Shown here one piece after another: positions 30,171-40,547 of a stretch of DNA of 64,000 nucleotides. Source of the DNA: Odoribacter sp. (GTDB taxonomy: Bacteria > Bacteroidota > Bacteroidia > Bacteroidales > Muribaculaceae); assembly GCA_023663145.1 (NCBI GenBank), contig JAMPHZ010000007.1, forward strand, positions 23,028 to 87,027. The letters are read 5' to 3'. The translations under genes and the position numbers were made by a program. Position 1 is the stretch's first letter. Each line of letters opens with the position of its first letter. The notes beneath the pieces were generated by a model that did no database searches, was not told the DNA's origin, and saw nothing but the letters and a program-made list of their open reading frames with translations.

Positions 30171-30816
30171 ATTCCAACACTCTTTTTTCCAATTCATTAA
30201 AAGCATCAATACGGTAGTCGGCACCGATGACATTACCGAATCCGTAGGCAGCCCATGCAAATTCCGCGCCGGCGGCATGAGCGCTGTCGCAGTCGCGTTG
30301 TATATCGCCTACATATACCGGGCGTTTCAGATTATAACAATCAACAAGCCGTTTAATGTTCACATCTTTGTCAACCCCTGTGTCGCCAAAACTGAGCCAA
30401 TCTGTAAAATATGGTTTCAGACTGTTGATTGTTAGGAAATTGTCAAGTCCGCGGCCCGTGCAATTGCTTATCATGAATAGTTTAACCTTAGGCTGCAGTG
30501 ATTCAAGTGTTTTTGTTACGTCAGGATATAACCGGCCACCTAAGATAGGCATGAGACGGTTCTCAACTTCTGTGAGATGCTCCATGAAAATCTCTTTGTC
30601 GTCAGAGTATGAACCCATGAGAGATATGTATATTTCGCCCAAAGGCTTGCCCATGAGCGATACGAGTTCATTGTATTGGACCGGTGGGCGGTTTATGCCC
30701 AACTCGGCTGCCGTTGTGTCCCATACGCGGCAATAAGATGGTACGGCATCCCATAAAGTGCCGTCCATATCGAATATAATGGAATCAATAGGGTGCATGG
30801 TGGTGAATCGTAGCAA
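30154..30816 (-). CDS. HAD-family hydrolase (phosphoglycolate-phosphatase-like)
   Basis: FDMDGTLWD, ISN, YVGD...D. Confidence 0.88.
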   Translation of the reverse strand: MLRFTTMHPIDSIIFDMDGTLWDAVPSYCRVWDTTAAELGINRPPVQYNELVSLMGKPLGEIYISLMGSYSDDKEIFMEHLTEVENRLMPILGGRLYPDVTKTLESLQPKVKLFMISNCTGRGLDNFLTINSLKPYFTDWLSFGDTGVDKDVNIKRLVDCYNLKRPVYVGDIQRDCDSAHAAGAEFAWAAYGFGNVIGADYRIDAFNELEKRVLEYGNKI

Positions 30817-30819
30817 ACG

Positions 30820-31290
30820 TTATTTCAGAAATATCACACCTATCTGCTCAAGTCCCTCGACAGTGTCAACGCGCATTATATGTCGCAGAGTGACGGGGCT
30901 GCCGTGTTTTATAATGTGAAGGCCGCTGATGGTGTCTACCTTTACATAGCTTACACCTGAGCCGCGCCCGAGCCACTTGCCGTAATCATTGGCAAGTATT
31001 ACGTTGATGGTGTCAACTTCAGGCACAGAATCTCCTGGAGCCGGTGGAACAGAGAGTTCAAGCCATAGATTGCCGAAAACGTAAGATGAAGAGTGGCGTA
31101 CCATGACCGCAATGTGTCCCTCTGCGATTGATTCGGATAGCTCAGGTTCGAAGCTGAGTGTATCGCCATAAGCCCATCCTTGGGCCGGGATGGAACAGAA
31201 CGCGCTGTCTTCATCAATTTCAGAGCGGCAGGAGGTAATTGCCACTGAGGTGATTATTATCGCTGATATTACGTTTATGATAGTTCTCAT
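30820..31290 (-). CDS. gldH: GldH-family lipoprotein
   Basis: Lipobox ITS-C, GWAYGDTLSF, VRHSSSY.FGNLWL, GKWLGRG, LRHIMR. Confidence 0.8.
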   Translation of the reverse strand: MRTIINVISAIIITSVAITSCRSEIDEDSAFCSIPAQGWAYGDTLSFEPELSESIAEGHIAVMVRHSSSYVFGNLWLELSVPPAPGDSVPEVDTINVILANDYGKWLGRGSGVSYVKVDTISGLHIIKHGSPVTLRHIMRVDTVEGLEQIGVIFLK

Positions 31291-32609
31291 TTGTCGGATG
31301 TGGAGGTTGGTGCCTGTTTAGGGTTATCTCCCCCTTCCTTCGGTTTCTTTTTCCTACGCTTGTTGTTTTGTTGACGAGGATCACCGTCTGCTGAAGTTTG
31401 TTTAGGCTGTTTTTCATCAGCAGTCTTAGGTAGATGAACTTGTCCTTGTGCGCCGGCAGGTTTCTTCTTTTTCTTCTTTTTCTTGCGGTCGAAGCGTGTG
31501 AGATCATCGTCGCCGAGAATGTCACCGAACGCTGCCTTCTCTTTCGGTTTGGCATTAGCCTCGCTTTCAAGGGTTAGCGGTTTCTCGCCTTCTTTGTTCA
31601 GTTTTATGACTTCAAAGGCCCGGGCAGCGCTGATTGTTACCAGGTTGGCGGCCATGGATTTATCGGTGGAATAGGTGATCTCGCGTTTGAATATGTCTGT
31701 TTTGAAATGGTAATATGTGTTGTCAGCAGTTTCGAGACGTATCTCTTTCGGTGGCATACGCTTTACACTTTCCACATATGTATCAACCTCAAAATTCAGG
31801 CAGCATTTCAGTTTGGCGCATTGTCCGGCAAGTTTCTGCGGATTAAGGGAAATGTCTTGGAAACGGGCAGCGCTCGTGGCAACTGAGACGAAGTTGGTCA
31901 TCCATTGCGAGCAGCAAAGCGGCCTGCCGCAGGGACCTATTCCGCCTATGCGGCCTGCTTCCTGACGGGCACCGATCTGCTTCATCTCGATGCGCACTTT
32001 GAATGTCTCGGCAAGCACTTTTATAAGTTGCCTGAAGTCAACACGCTCGTCGGCAATGTAGTAGAATATGGCTTTGTTGCCATCTCCCTGATATTCAACA
32101 TCTCCAATCTTCATGTTGAGTCCGAGGTCTGCAGCTATGCGCCGTGCCTTTATCATGGTGTCGTTTTCGCGGGCCTTGGCTTCTTCATAGCGCTCTATAT
32201 CACCCGGGCGAGCTTTGCGGAATACACGTTTTACCTCATTGTCATCTTTTGACCGGCCTTGACGGCCACCGCCGCCGGCACGCTTCATGCGTCGGTCAAC
32301 GAGTATGCCAAGCAGAGTCACCCGGCCGATGTCATGGCCCGGAGAGGCTTCCACGGCTACCATATCGCCTATTTCAAGAGGTATGTGTGTGCTGTTCTTG
32401 TAGTAACCTTTGCGAGTGTTCTTGAAGGTTACTTCCACCATGTCGCTGTCTGCATGGCCTCCGGGTATGTCATCAAGCCAATTGTAGCTGTGGAGTTTGC
32501 AGCGTGGGCCGTCGTCGTTATGGCATATTCCGCATTTTTTTGACTGAGACAGGGTGTCGGCAGCAGATGTGTCGCCGGCGTCATGCGTCAATGGTTTGTC
32601 GCTTTCCAT
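31287..32609 (-). CDS. ricT: PSP1-domain protein (RicT/YaaT homolog)
   Basis: VEVTFKNTRKGYY, DVEYQGDGNKAIFYY, RVDFRQL, GGIGPCGRPLCC, GQCAKLKCCL. Confidence 0.85.
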   Translation of the reverse strand: MESDKPLTHDAGDTSAADTLSQSKKCGICHNDDGPRCKLHSYNWLDDIPGGHADSDMVEVTFKNTRKGYYKNSTHIPLEIGDMVAVEASPGHDIGRVTLLGILVDRRMKRAGGGGRQGRSKDDNEVKRVFRKARPGDIERYEEAKARENDTMIKARRIAADLGLNMKIGDVEYQGDGNKAIFYYIADERVDFRQLIKVLAETFKVRIEMKQIGARQEAGRIGGIGPCGRPLCCSQWMTNFVSVATSAARFQDISLNPQKLAGQCAKLKCCLNFEVDTYVESVKRMPPKEIRLETADNTYYHFKTDIFKREITYSTDKSMAANLVTISAARAFEVIKLNKEGEKPLTLESEANAKPKEKAAFGDILGDDDLTRFDRKKKKKKKKPAGAQGQVHLPKTADEKQPKQTSADGDPRQQNNKRRKKKPKEGGDNPKQAPTSTSDK

Positions 32610-32611
32610 TA

Positions 32612-34153
32612 TTATTTTGCAAAGGCAACCGAGCGTGTTTCGCGAATTACGGTGATCTTCACCTGTCCGGGATATGTCATCTCGTCCTGGATACGCTTGG
32701 CTATCTCGCTCGAAAGTTTTTCTGTTTCAACATCATCAATCTTGTCGGCACCCACAATTACGCGTAGTTCACGACCCGCTTGTATAGCGTAGGTCTTGAT
32801 TACACCCGGGTATGAAAGTGCCAGCTGCTCAAGGTCGTTGAGACGCTTGATATAAGCTTCTACAATTTCGCGGCGTGCGCCTGGGCGTGCACCTGAGATT
32901 GCATCGCACACCTGCACTATGGGGGCTAAGAGAGACGTCTGTTCTATTTCATCGTGGTGCGCGCCGATTGCATTACAGATATCGGGTTTTTCTTTGTATT
33001 TCTCGGCAAGTTTCATGCCAAGCAGTGCGTGCGGCAACTCGGGTTCCTCGTCAGGCACTTTCCCGATGTCATGCAGCAGACCTGCGCGGCGAGCTTTCTT
33101 TGGATTGAGACCTAACTCCGAAGCCATGATGGCACATAGGTTGGCAGTCTCGCGTGAATGTTGAAGCAGGTTTTGTCCGTAGCTTGAACGGTACTTCATT
33201 TTGCCTACAAGGCGTATCAGGTCAGGATGTAAGCCGTGTATGCCAAGATCGATTGCTGTGCGTTTGCCGGTTTCAACTATTTCTTCTTCTACTTGTTTGC
33301 GCACTTTTGTTACGACTTCCTCGATGCGTGCGGGGTGAATACGGCCATCGGCCACAAGTTGGTGCAGGGCAAGGCGTGCGATTTCGCGGCGTACCGGGTC
33401 AAAACCTGAGAGAACGATCGCTTCCGGAGTGTCGTCAACGATGATCTCAATACCGGTGGCTGCCTCAAGCGCACGGATATTGCGGCCTTCGCGGCCGATT
33501 ATCCGGCCTTTTATCTCGTCGGAGTCAATGTGGAATACGGTGACGCTGTTTTCAATGGCGGTTTCAGTGGCTACGCGCTGAATGGTTTGTACTACAATAC
33601 GCTTTGCTTCTTTGTTGGCCGTCATTTTGGCTTCATCCATTATGTCGTTTATGTAGGATGCAGCGGCTGTCTTGGCTTCGTCTTTAAGTGATTCCACCAG
33701 TTTTTCTTTGGCTTCTTGTGATGAAAGCCCTGAAATGTGCTCGAGCTGCTCAATTGCCTGATTGTGCAGCCGTTCAACTTCTACTTGCTTTTTCTCAAGC
33801 ACTGCTGCTTGATTTTCAATGTTCTGACGTGCTACTTCCACTTCGTTACGGGCCCGGGCATTCTCGCTTTGCAGTTGGTTAAGTTGAAGTTCGCGCTGTT
33901 TTTGCCGGGCCTCGGCCTGCTGCACTTTGCCCATGCGCTGATTGGCTTGCTTGTCGGCTTCGGCTGTAATCTTCAGGGCCTCTTCGCGCCCTTCGAGGAG
34001 TTTGTTGCGTTTGAGGTCATCGGCTTCGCGTTCAGCATCGGCCAGGATTGTCTTAGCACGGGTCTGGGCCATGCGCCGCTGAGCCACCAAGGTTATGGCG
34101 ATGGCGATTGCGGCTGCTATGACGCCTATAGCTATGTTAATGAATATCTCCAT
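32612..34153 (-). CDS. rny: Ribonuclease Y
   Basis: N-terminal TM and coiled coil, KH motif [15 protein letters not shown] motif [17 protein letters not shown]. Confidence 0.97.
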   Translation of the reverse strand: MEIFINIAIGVIAAAIAIAITLVAQRRMAQTRAKTILADAEREADDLKRNKLLEGREEALKITAEADKQANQRMGKVQQAEARQKQRELQLNQLQSENARARNEVEVARQNIENQAAVLEKKQVEVERLHNQAIEQLEHISGLSSQEAKEKLVESLKDEAKTAAASYINDIMDEAKMTANKEAKRIVVQTIQRVATETAIENSVTVFHIDSDEIKGRIIGREGRNIRALEAATGIEIIVDDTPEAIVLSGFDPVRREIARLALHQLVADGRIHPARIEEVVTKVRKQVEEEIVETGKRTAIDLGIHGLHPDLIRLVGKMKYRSSYGQNLLQHSRETANLCAIMASELGLNPKKARRAGLLHDIGKVPDEEPELPHALLGMKLAEKYKEKPDICNAIGAHHDEIEQTSLLAPIVQVCDAISGARPGARREIVEAYIKRLNDLEQLALSYPGVIKTYAIQAGRELRVIVGADKIDDVETEKLSSEIAKRIQDEMTYPGQVKITVIRETRSVAFAK

Positions 34154-34324
34154 TTGTAGATATTTAGTTTTAAGGGGTTTATATTAATTCGGTTAATTTA
34201 ATCCATGGTTAAAGACAACGGCGCCTCTGCGCCGGCCGGTTGTGCGGTGCGCGGAAGCCATCACAATGGATAATGAAGTGAAATCTTTATGTGTATACAG
34301 CTATGGTGATGCTCTGATCCGTGC

Positions 34325-34621
34325 TTACTCGTTGATCATAAGCATGTTGTCAAGAGTCTTCTCGAAGTTGTCAAGCATGCGGCTTTGAGCTGCGAGCTGT
34401 TCTGATTTGCGGTAATACAATTCAGCGAAAGCCAATGCGACCTTTGCCAACACGTAATCTGGAGACTTGTCGGGTTGAATGGCCTGAAATTTGCCATAAA
34501 CCTCATTGACGTGATGGGCGGCCTTGCGGAAGATTTCTTCTTCTTCAAGCTTTACGTTGAAGACAAAAGGTTCAACGGAGGCTATCTTAGCTGTAAATTT
34601 ATGTTTCTTTTCTTCGTTCAT
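34325..34621 (-). CDS. zapA: Cell division protein ZapA
   Basis: EEEIFRKAA..VN motif; conserved position upstream of rny. Confidence 0.75.
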   Translation of the reverse strand: MNEEKKHKFTAKIASVEPFVFNVKLEEEEIFRKAAHHVNEVYGKFQAIQPDKSPDYVLAKVALAFAELYYRKSEQLAAQSRMLDNFEKTLDNMLMINE

Positions 34622-34654
34622 TGTCCAATGGGATAATCACTGCATGCCGTGTGA

Positions 34655-34948
34655 CTATTCGAGCAGGTCGGTGATGCAGCGGTCAATTTCCCGCACCAAA
34701 TCAGCGATGATGGCTCTTGATGAGTCAAGGTCTCCTGCCGAGGCATTGACATATGTTGCGACTGTCAGATTCTCAATCTTCACGTGCAGTTGCCGCACTT
34801 CGTTGTCGCGGGCGAGCAGGCGGGCCTTAAGGTCGCTTATTTCTGAACGTGCCGAGTCATAATTGGCTTTCAATGCCATGTATTTCTCGCCAAGCACACG
34901 TGTTTTAGCCTGTACGCGGTCTATTTGTTGCTGTAGGTCAGAGGCCAT
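34655..34948 (-). CDS. Coiled-coil protein upstream of zapA (ZapB-like)
   Basis: Heptad-rich 97 aa ending LVREIDRCI..L, typical of the Bacteroidetes gene preceding zapA. Confidence 0.65.
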   Translation of the reverse strand: MASDLQQQIDRVQAKTRVLGEKYMALKANYDSARSEISDLKARLLARDNEVRQLHVKIENLTVATYVNASAGDLDSSRAIIADLVREIDRCITDLLE

Positions 34949-35053
34949 TCTTCGCAAATTTTGACAAAATTACGCATTATTTTTCAAAAAACATATATTT
35001 GCAGGCATTTTTTTGTACATATGTTTGTTTTTATCGTAGTATATAAGATGAAA

Positions 35054-35098
35054 ATCCCCCGCTCACCGGTGTCGGGATGACCGTGAGCGGGGGGGGAT
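35054..35098 (-). terminator. GC-rich hairpin downstream of hpf
   Basis: ATCCCCCGCTCAC...GTGAGCGGGGGGGGAT, followed on the minus strand by TTTCATCTT. Confidence 0.55.
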
Positions 35099-35117
35099 GT
35101 TAGTAGTGGCCGGATTT

Positions 35118-35411
35118 TCAGATTTTCTCTTTTTTCTTTGCCAACTGTCGTTCGAGGGCTTCGAGGCACAGGTCTACTGCTTCTTCGAATGAGTCGGCAG
35201 TCTTGTCGGCTACAAGATCTTCGTGCTGGGGAGCTGTCACTTTGATTATGGCTTGTTTATTCATGGCTGTCTCGGGTTTCACTACTTTGAGTGTGGCGTC
35301 GACGGAGGAAATTGACGGATAATGGCGGCCGAGGCGTTCGGCTTTCTTGTTGATGAAGCTGACGAGTTTTTCGGTGGCTTCAAAGTGAATGGCTTGAGTG
35401 CGTACTTCCAT
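35118..35411 (-). CDS. hpf: Ribosome hibernation promoting factor / RaiA
   Basis: QAIHFEATEKL..FI..K, SFEEAVD...L.RQL.K.KEK. Confidence 0.85.
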   Translation of the reverse strand: MEVRTQAIHFEATEKLVSFINKKAERLGRHYPSISSVDATLKVVKPETAMNKQAIIKVTAPQHEDLVADKTADSFEEAVDLCLEALERQLAKKKEKI

Positions 35412-35413
35412 AG

Positions 35414-36334
35414 TTAGCGTTTCTTTTGTGCGCGGGGATGCGCGAGTTCATAATTATGTTTTAGTTCGCTATAGGAGAGATGGGTATAAATCTGAGTTGT
35501 AGCGAGTGAGGCATGCCCTAAAAGTTCTTTTACGGCAGTTAGATCGGCTCCGTTGTTAAGAAGATCTGTTGCGCATGAGTGGCGTAGGCAATGTGGGGTG
35601 GGCAGTGAGGTGCTGCCTGCGAACTCTTTCTTGACAATGGCATTGACATGGCGGTAGGCCAAAGGTCGACCGTCGTCAAGGCGGAAGAATGATTTATTGT
35701 CGCCTGTGGGGCGCAGTGTGCGGTATAGGTCGATCATTTCGCGTAATTCGTCACCAAAAGGGATGACTCTTTCTTTATTACGCTTTCCCAATACTTTTAG
35801 TTCGCCTGAAATTGAATTTACATTGTTGTCGAGCAGAGTGGCAAGCTCAGACGCTCTCATGCCGGTGGAGTAAAGCATGTCCACTATGAGGCGGTCGCGT
35901 ACTGCCGATGGGTCGGCTGGGTCGGCAGGAGTATCTATTACACGCGCAGTGTCAGCAGGAGGAATTGTACGGGGCAGAGGTTTTGGAAGTCTTGCGGGTT
36001 GGAGCTCGGCGGCCGGATTAGATAAATATCCATGCCTTTTCATGAGATAGTCAAAAAATGACCGCAGGGTTTGTATCTTGCGTCGTATCGTGCGCTGTGT
36101 CACTCCGTTTCGGGCCAGGTTGGCAATCCATATGCGAAGGTCGTTGGTTGTTGCTTCTGCGGGATCATATTGCTCTCCGAATTGAGATCTGCAGAACTTT
36201 TCCCATTGCTTCAGATCACCGCTATAAGCCAAAACGGTGTGGGCCGAAAGATTCAGCTCACACCGTATATAATTTATAAAAGACAGATATCGGCTAATCA
36301 TCGTGTCGGTCATCCGATGCAGCGAGGTTTGCAA
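35414..36334 (-). CDS. xerC: Tyrosine recombinase XerC (start uncertain, 36301-36334)
   Basis: Complete R-K-H-R-H-Y set: TGMRASE, GKRNKER, PHCLRHS, LLGHASL, TQIYTH; conserved rpsU-xerC-hpf context. Confidence 0.85.
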   Translation of the reverse strand: MQTSLHRMTDTMISRYLSFINYIRCELNLSAHTVLAYSGDLKQWEKFCRSQFGEQYDPAEATTNDLRIWIANLARNGVTQRTIRRKIQTLRSFFDYLMKRHGYLSNPAAELQPARLPKPLPRTIPPADTARVIDTPADPADPSAVRDRLIVDMLYSTGMRASELATLLDNNVNSISGELKVLGKRNKERVIPFGDELREMIDLYRTLRPTGDNKSFFRLDDGRPLAYRHVNAIVKKEFAGSTSLPTPHCLRHSCATDLLNNGADLTAVKELLGHASLATTQIYTHLSYSELKHNYELAHPRAQKKR

Positions 36335-36413
36335 GCACGGGTTGATGCCACGAATTTAGCGATTCATTTTTATATTGGCAAATAAAATTGGATAAAAATC
36401 CGTGAAAATGTAT

Positions 36414-36605
36414 TTATTCCTCAACTGAGCGCAGTTTCTGCACGTATACAGCCTTCATCATCTTCTTTCGGTTGGTGACTGAGGGCTTCTGGAAAGCCTG
36501 ACGGCTGCGGAGTTCTTTTACGATGCCGGTTTTTTCAAATTTACGTTTGAATTTCTTAAGTGCGCGTTCGATGTTTTCGCCTTCTTTTACTTGTACGATG
36601 ATCAT
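36414..36605 (-). CDS. rpsU: 30S ribosomal protein bS21
   Basis: VKEGENIERALKKFKRK...ELRSRQAFQKPSV. Confidence 0.96.
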   Translation of the reverse strand: MIIVQVKEGENIERALKKFKRKFEKTGIVKELRSRQAFQKPSVTNRKKMMKAVYVQKLRSVEE

Positions 36606-36834
36606 ATTTTGAGGTTAATTGTTAATTTCTTTTGCTTTTAGCGGGGCAAAATTACGCATATTTTTTTGATTGACAAAATTATTGGCGTATTTTTATTCCC
36701 TACAGTTAAAAAAGGAACTGCCGGCCGTTTAAAAAGCGGCCGAGGGTGTGGTTTGTGGTGATAATCTCAATGAATTTCGTTATACCGGTTTTGACACCTC
36801 CTTTTGAATTTAACAATTATGATAGTTTGTGATA

Positions 36835-38850
36835 TCAGTCTCCCATGGTGCGGAGTAATTCGTCGTTGTCGCGGGTGCGCTCCATGCGGTCTTTGATGAA
36901 TTCCATAGCCTCGATTGAGTTGCGGTCGCTGAGGAAACGTCGCAGGATCCACATACGGTTGAGCGTTTCGTCGCGTAGTAGCAGGTCGTCGCGACGGGTG
37001 CTTGAGGCTGTGATATCGACCGCCGGGAAAATGCGCTTGTTTGATAGCTTGCGGTCAAGCTGAAGCTCCATGTTGCCGGTGCCTTTGAATTCTTCGAATA
37101 TCACTTCGTCCATTTTCGATGATGTTTCGGTGAGGGCAGTGGCTATTATGGTGAGTGAACCACCGCCTTCTATGTTGCGGGCGGCACCGAAGAAGCGCTT
37201 GGGTTTTTGCAGGGCGTTGGCGTCCACACCGCCTGACAAAATTTTACCGGACGCGGGTGAAACAGTGTTGTATGCGCGGGCAAGACGGGTTATTGAGTCA
37301 AGCAGGATCACTACATCATGGCCGCATTCAACCATTCGTTTGGCTTTCTCGAGCACTATGCCGGCGATTTTCACGTGGCGGTCGGCCGGTTCATCAAAGG
37401 TGGATGCTATGACTTCGGCGTTCACGTTGCGACTCATGTCGGTGACCTCCTCGGGACGTTCATCAATCAGCAGAATCATGATGTATGTCTCTGGGTGGTT
37501 TTCGGCTATCGCGTTAGCTATGTCTTTAAGCAGGAGAGTCTTGCCTGTTTTCGGGGGCGCAACGATAAGTGCTCGCTGACCTTTTCCTATAGGGGCAAAC
37601 ATGTCTACCACTCGTGTCGAAAGGTTGCATGTGGAGCCTCCACATAGGTCGAATTTCTCGTCGGGGAACAATGGTGTGAGGTGCTCGAAGGGCACGCGGT
37701 CGCGTATGAAATCTATCGACCGGCCATTTACACGCAGTACGCGGGATAGCGGATAATGCTTTTCCCCTTCTCGTGGGGCTCTGATGGTCGCTTCGACAAC
37801 ATCTCCTGTTTTCAGGTTGTTGGCTTTTATCTGTTGCTGCGATACGAGTACATCATCGGGCGATGGCAGATAATTGAAGTCGCTTGAGCGTAGGAATCCA
37901 TGTCCTTGAGGTTCTACTTCAAGCACGCCCTGTACTTCAAGTACATCCTCGAAATCGTATCGTTGCGAGAAGTGTAGCCGTTGGTCGGCGATCTGTGATT
38001 GCTGTCCGTTGTTCTTGTTTTTCTTTTTCTTGCCTTGCCCCTGATTTTGTTGAGGTTGAGGTTGTCCGGGTTCAGATAAAACGATGGGCTGCTGTGGCTG
38101 GAATGACGGTTGCTGCAGTTGTTGTTTTGGTTGGCGTTGTTGGGGCGGGTTTTGATTTGGTTGGTTTTGTCCGCGAGGAACGAACTTGCGGCCTTCACCC
38201 CGTGGGAAGAACATGCTGAAATCGCGGTCCGGGCGGCTTGTAGGAGCTTGTTGCGGGCCGGCGAATTCGTCGGTTACAGGTTCCTGTGGTGTAACTTCTT
38301 GCTCTTTAGTCTGTCCGGGCTGGTCTGCTGTCGCAGCGGTAGGCTGTTCTTCATCTACGGAGGCTGTGCTGCCCGAAGGTTCCTCTACGGGAGTCTCAGC
38401 TTTTGTTTCCGCAGCCTCACTTGCAGGTTCGGCAGAAATAGCTTGTTCCTTCCGGGGGCGTCCACGCCGTTTTTTTTCTACAGGCTCGGCCTTTGGTTCG
38501 CTTTCCGTAGCAACGGTTGTCTGCGCGGTAGCCTCCTTGGTCGGTTCTTCAGTTTTTGATGGTTTGTTTCCTTTGGTCTTGGCGGGCTTGCTTTCTTTGG
38601 CAGCATCGGCTTCTTTTGTGCTGTCATCTTTTTTCTTGCGGCCGCGCTTCTTAGGTTCGGCTGAGGCGCTGTCGGCCCGCCGTTTTTGCTCGGCAGCTTT
38701 AGTGGCGGCGCCCATTATGGCTTGCTCGTCAAGTATTTTGTATATCAATTCTTGTTTTTGAGACAGGTCGATTTTTTTTATACCAAGAGATTCGGCAACT
38801 TGCTGAAGCTCGGTATCGGCCATCATATTTAAATCGGATAAGTTATGCAT
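36835..38850 (-). CDS. rho: Transcription termination factor Rho with large N-terminal disordered insertion (likely start 38850)
   Basis: [56 protein letters not shown]. Confidence 0.96.
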   Translation of the reverse strand: MHNLSDLNMMADTELQQVAESLGIKKIDLSQKQELIYKILDEQAIMGAATKAAEQKRRADSASAEPKKRGRKKKDDSTKEADAAKESKPAKTKGNKPSKTEEPTKEATAQTTVATESEPKAEPVEKKRRGRPRKEQAISAEPASEAAETKAETPVEEPSGSTASVDEEQPTAATADQPGQTKEQEVTPQEPVTDEFAGPQQAPTSRPDRDFSMFFPRGEGRKFVPRGQNQPNQNPPQQRQPKQQLQQPSFQPQQPIVLSEPGQPQPQQNQGQGKKKKNKNNGQQSQIADQRLHFSQRYDFEDVLEVQGVLEVEPQGHGFLRSSDFNYLPSPDDVLVSQQQIKANNLKTGDVVEATIRAPREGEKHYPLSRVLRVNGRSIDFIRDRVPFEHLTPLFPDEKFDLCGGSTCNLSTRVVDMFAPIGKGQRALIVAPPKTGKTLLLKDIANAIAENHPETYIMILLIDERPEEVTDMSRNVNAEVIASTFDEPADRHVKIAGIVLEKAKRMVECGHDVVILLDSITRLARAYNTVSPASGKILSGGVDANALQKPKRFFGAARNIEGGGSLTIIATALTETSSKMDEVIFEEFKGTGNMELQLDRKLSNKRIFPAVDITASSTRRDDLLLRDETLNRMWILRRFLSDRNSIEAMEFIKDRMERTRDNDELLRTMGD

Positions 38851-39258
38851 AATTATTATAGCATTCCCTGCAGATGCCATTCAATGGTGCTACAGCGGTG
38901 TGTTCGTTTCTTTTGGGTGATCCTTCCGTTGATGGAAGTTACATATAATATAATAATATAATGAATATAAATTCTCGAAAGTTTGGCGGTGGCATAAGAG
39001 CCAAACGAAAAATCTGTTTTGGGAGAGAAAAAAGATGAGAATTGTAATTTTTAATGCCGGATGGTGATTGTCTCGGCCTTAAAATGCAGCGCAAAGTTAC
39101 AAATAACTTTTAAATAAACAAAGAATCACGGCTAAAAGTTGAAATCGCGTATTTTGATCGCTTGAAAAAAAGTGGTAACTTTGTGTCGAAGCAGATTCAG
39201 GGCTTTTGATATTCCTATAATCTATGTTGATTTTATAAACTTATATACATTATATAAT

Positions 39259-39873
39259 ATGCGAAACGGCATTTCGTATCTTTCTATTCCTGCAATCATT
39301 GCAGGTGTTATACTTATATTGACATTCCGTACAATGAGTTCGGGCGGTGTGGTGGTCGCAGGAGGTGTATTGTTCATATTGGCAGGTCTTGTCAACCTGC
39401 TTTTATTGAGGAAGCAGTCAGGCTCCATGGCATCGGGAAGCAGGTCTTTCGGTCGTTTTTTTGGACTGATATCTACTGCGGCCTCAGTCTTGTTGGGTTT
39501 GTCAATGCTGATCTTCATAGATACATTCTCTTCGTTGGTTCCATATGTATTTGGAACTGTGGTAGCCTTGGGCGCATTGATTCAGATATTGACTGTTGTC
39601 ACCGGTATGCGTCGTGGAATATTGTCGGCCTGGTGGCTGATTTGCGTGGTAGCTCTTGCCGGGGCATCGGTGTATCTTTTTATTCAGACTCCGGAGGCCG
39701 GGTCAGATCCACCTGTAATGATCACAACCGGAATATCTCTCGTTTTCTTTGGAGTGGTGATGTGTGTGGAGAAAATTATTATGATGTCTGCTGCGCGTGG
39801 AGAATCATCAATTCAGGCGTCTGTCCCTGTAGATGCCCGGCAACCGCGTGCTCTTGACGATGAGGATTTATGA
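39259..39873 (+). CDS. HdeD/DUF308-like multi-pass membrane protein (likely start 39259)
   Basis: Six hydrophobic segments in G-rich repeats; TAACTTTG promoter at 39176. Confidence 0.65.
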   Translation: MRNGISYLSIPAIIAGVILILTFRTMSSGGVVVAGGVLFILAGLVNLLLLRKQSGSMASGSRSFGRFFGLISTAASVLLGLSMLIFIDTFSSLVPYVFGTVVALGALIQILTVVTGMRRGILSAWWLICVVALAGASVYLFIQTPEAGSDPPVMITTGISLVFFGVVMCVEKIIMMSAARGESSIQASVPVDARQPRALDDEDL

Positions 39874-40106
39874 ATTGAAAGGAAAAGCGGGCTGAGAAAT
39901 TTGGTTAAAAGGACGGATAATAGATGATCTGATTGCTGAAGCAGCCGCGAAAATGGAAAAAATATCACAAATTCAATGATTTATTATTGTCAATCCAAAA
40001 AAAAGTGCGATATTTGCAGCTGCAAAGCGAAAGCCCTTCAGGGCATAATGAAAAAACAGCATATATTTGTATAATATACCTTATAATTCGCATAATATAA
40101 ACGAAA

Positions 40107-40379
40107 ATGACAAAAGCAGACATTGTAAACGAGATTTCAAAGTCGACCGGCATCGAAAAGGCCGTCGTGCTCGAAACCATCGAGAAATTCATGCAGGTAG
40201 TGAAGGAATCGCTCTCTGAAGGTAACAACGTTTACTTGCGCGGTTTTGGCAGCTTTATCATCAAGACACGTTCAGAAAAAACTGCCCGCAATATCTCTAA
40301 AAACACTACCATCATCATCCCCGAGCACAAGATCCCGGCATTCAAGCCCGCAAAGGTGTTCATGGAAGATGTTAAATAA
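40107..40379 (+). CDS. hup: HU/IHF-family histone-like DNA-binding protein
   Basis: MTKADIV, VYLRGFGSF, KTARNISKN, PAFKP. Confidence 0.92.
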   Translation: MTKADIVNEISKSTGIEKAVVLETIEKFMQVVKESLSEGNNVYLRGFGSFIIKTRSEKTARNISKNTTIIIPEHKIPAFKPAKVFMEDVK

Positions 40380-40454
40380 GTTGGTGCCCAACTTTACAAA
40401 TCACAGACTTCTCTCTAACATACAATATTTTTATTAATTAATAAATTACGTAAA

Positions 40455-40547
40455 ATGCCCAGCGGAAAAAAACGTAAAGGCCACAAGATGGCTACTCACA
40501 AGCGTAAAAAACGCCTTCGCATGAACCGTCATAAGAAAAAGAAGTAA
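40455..40547 (+). CDS. 30S ribosomal protein bS22 (AURKAIP1/COX24-like, 30 aa; not in ORF track)
   Basis: Manual translation MPSGKKRKGHKMATHKRKKRLRMNRHKKKK, matching the Bacteroidetes bS22 pattern MP.GKKRK.HK..THKRKKR.R..RHKKK. Confidence 0.85.
   Translation: MPSGKKRKGHKMATHKRKKRLRMNRHKKKK

Noticed and set aside
35414-36334. Tyrosine recombinase as a sign of an integrated element or DNA inversion
   Set aside because: It lies in the conserved Bacteroidetes rpsU-xerC-hpf core context with host-like composition; no att sites or flanking inverted repeats seen.
36605-36630. Shine-Dalgarno autoregulation of rpsU as in Flavobacteria
   Set aside because: The upstream sequence (AACAATTAACCTCAAAAT-ATG) has no SD motif.
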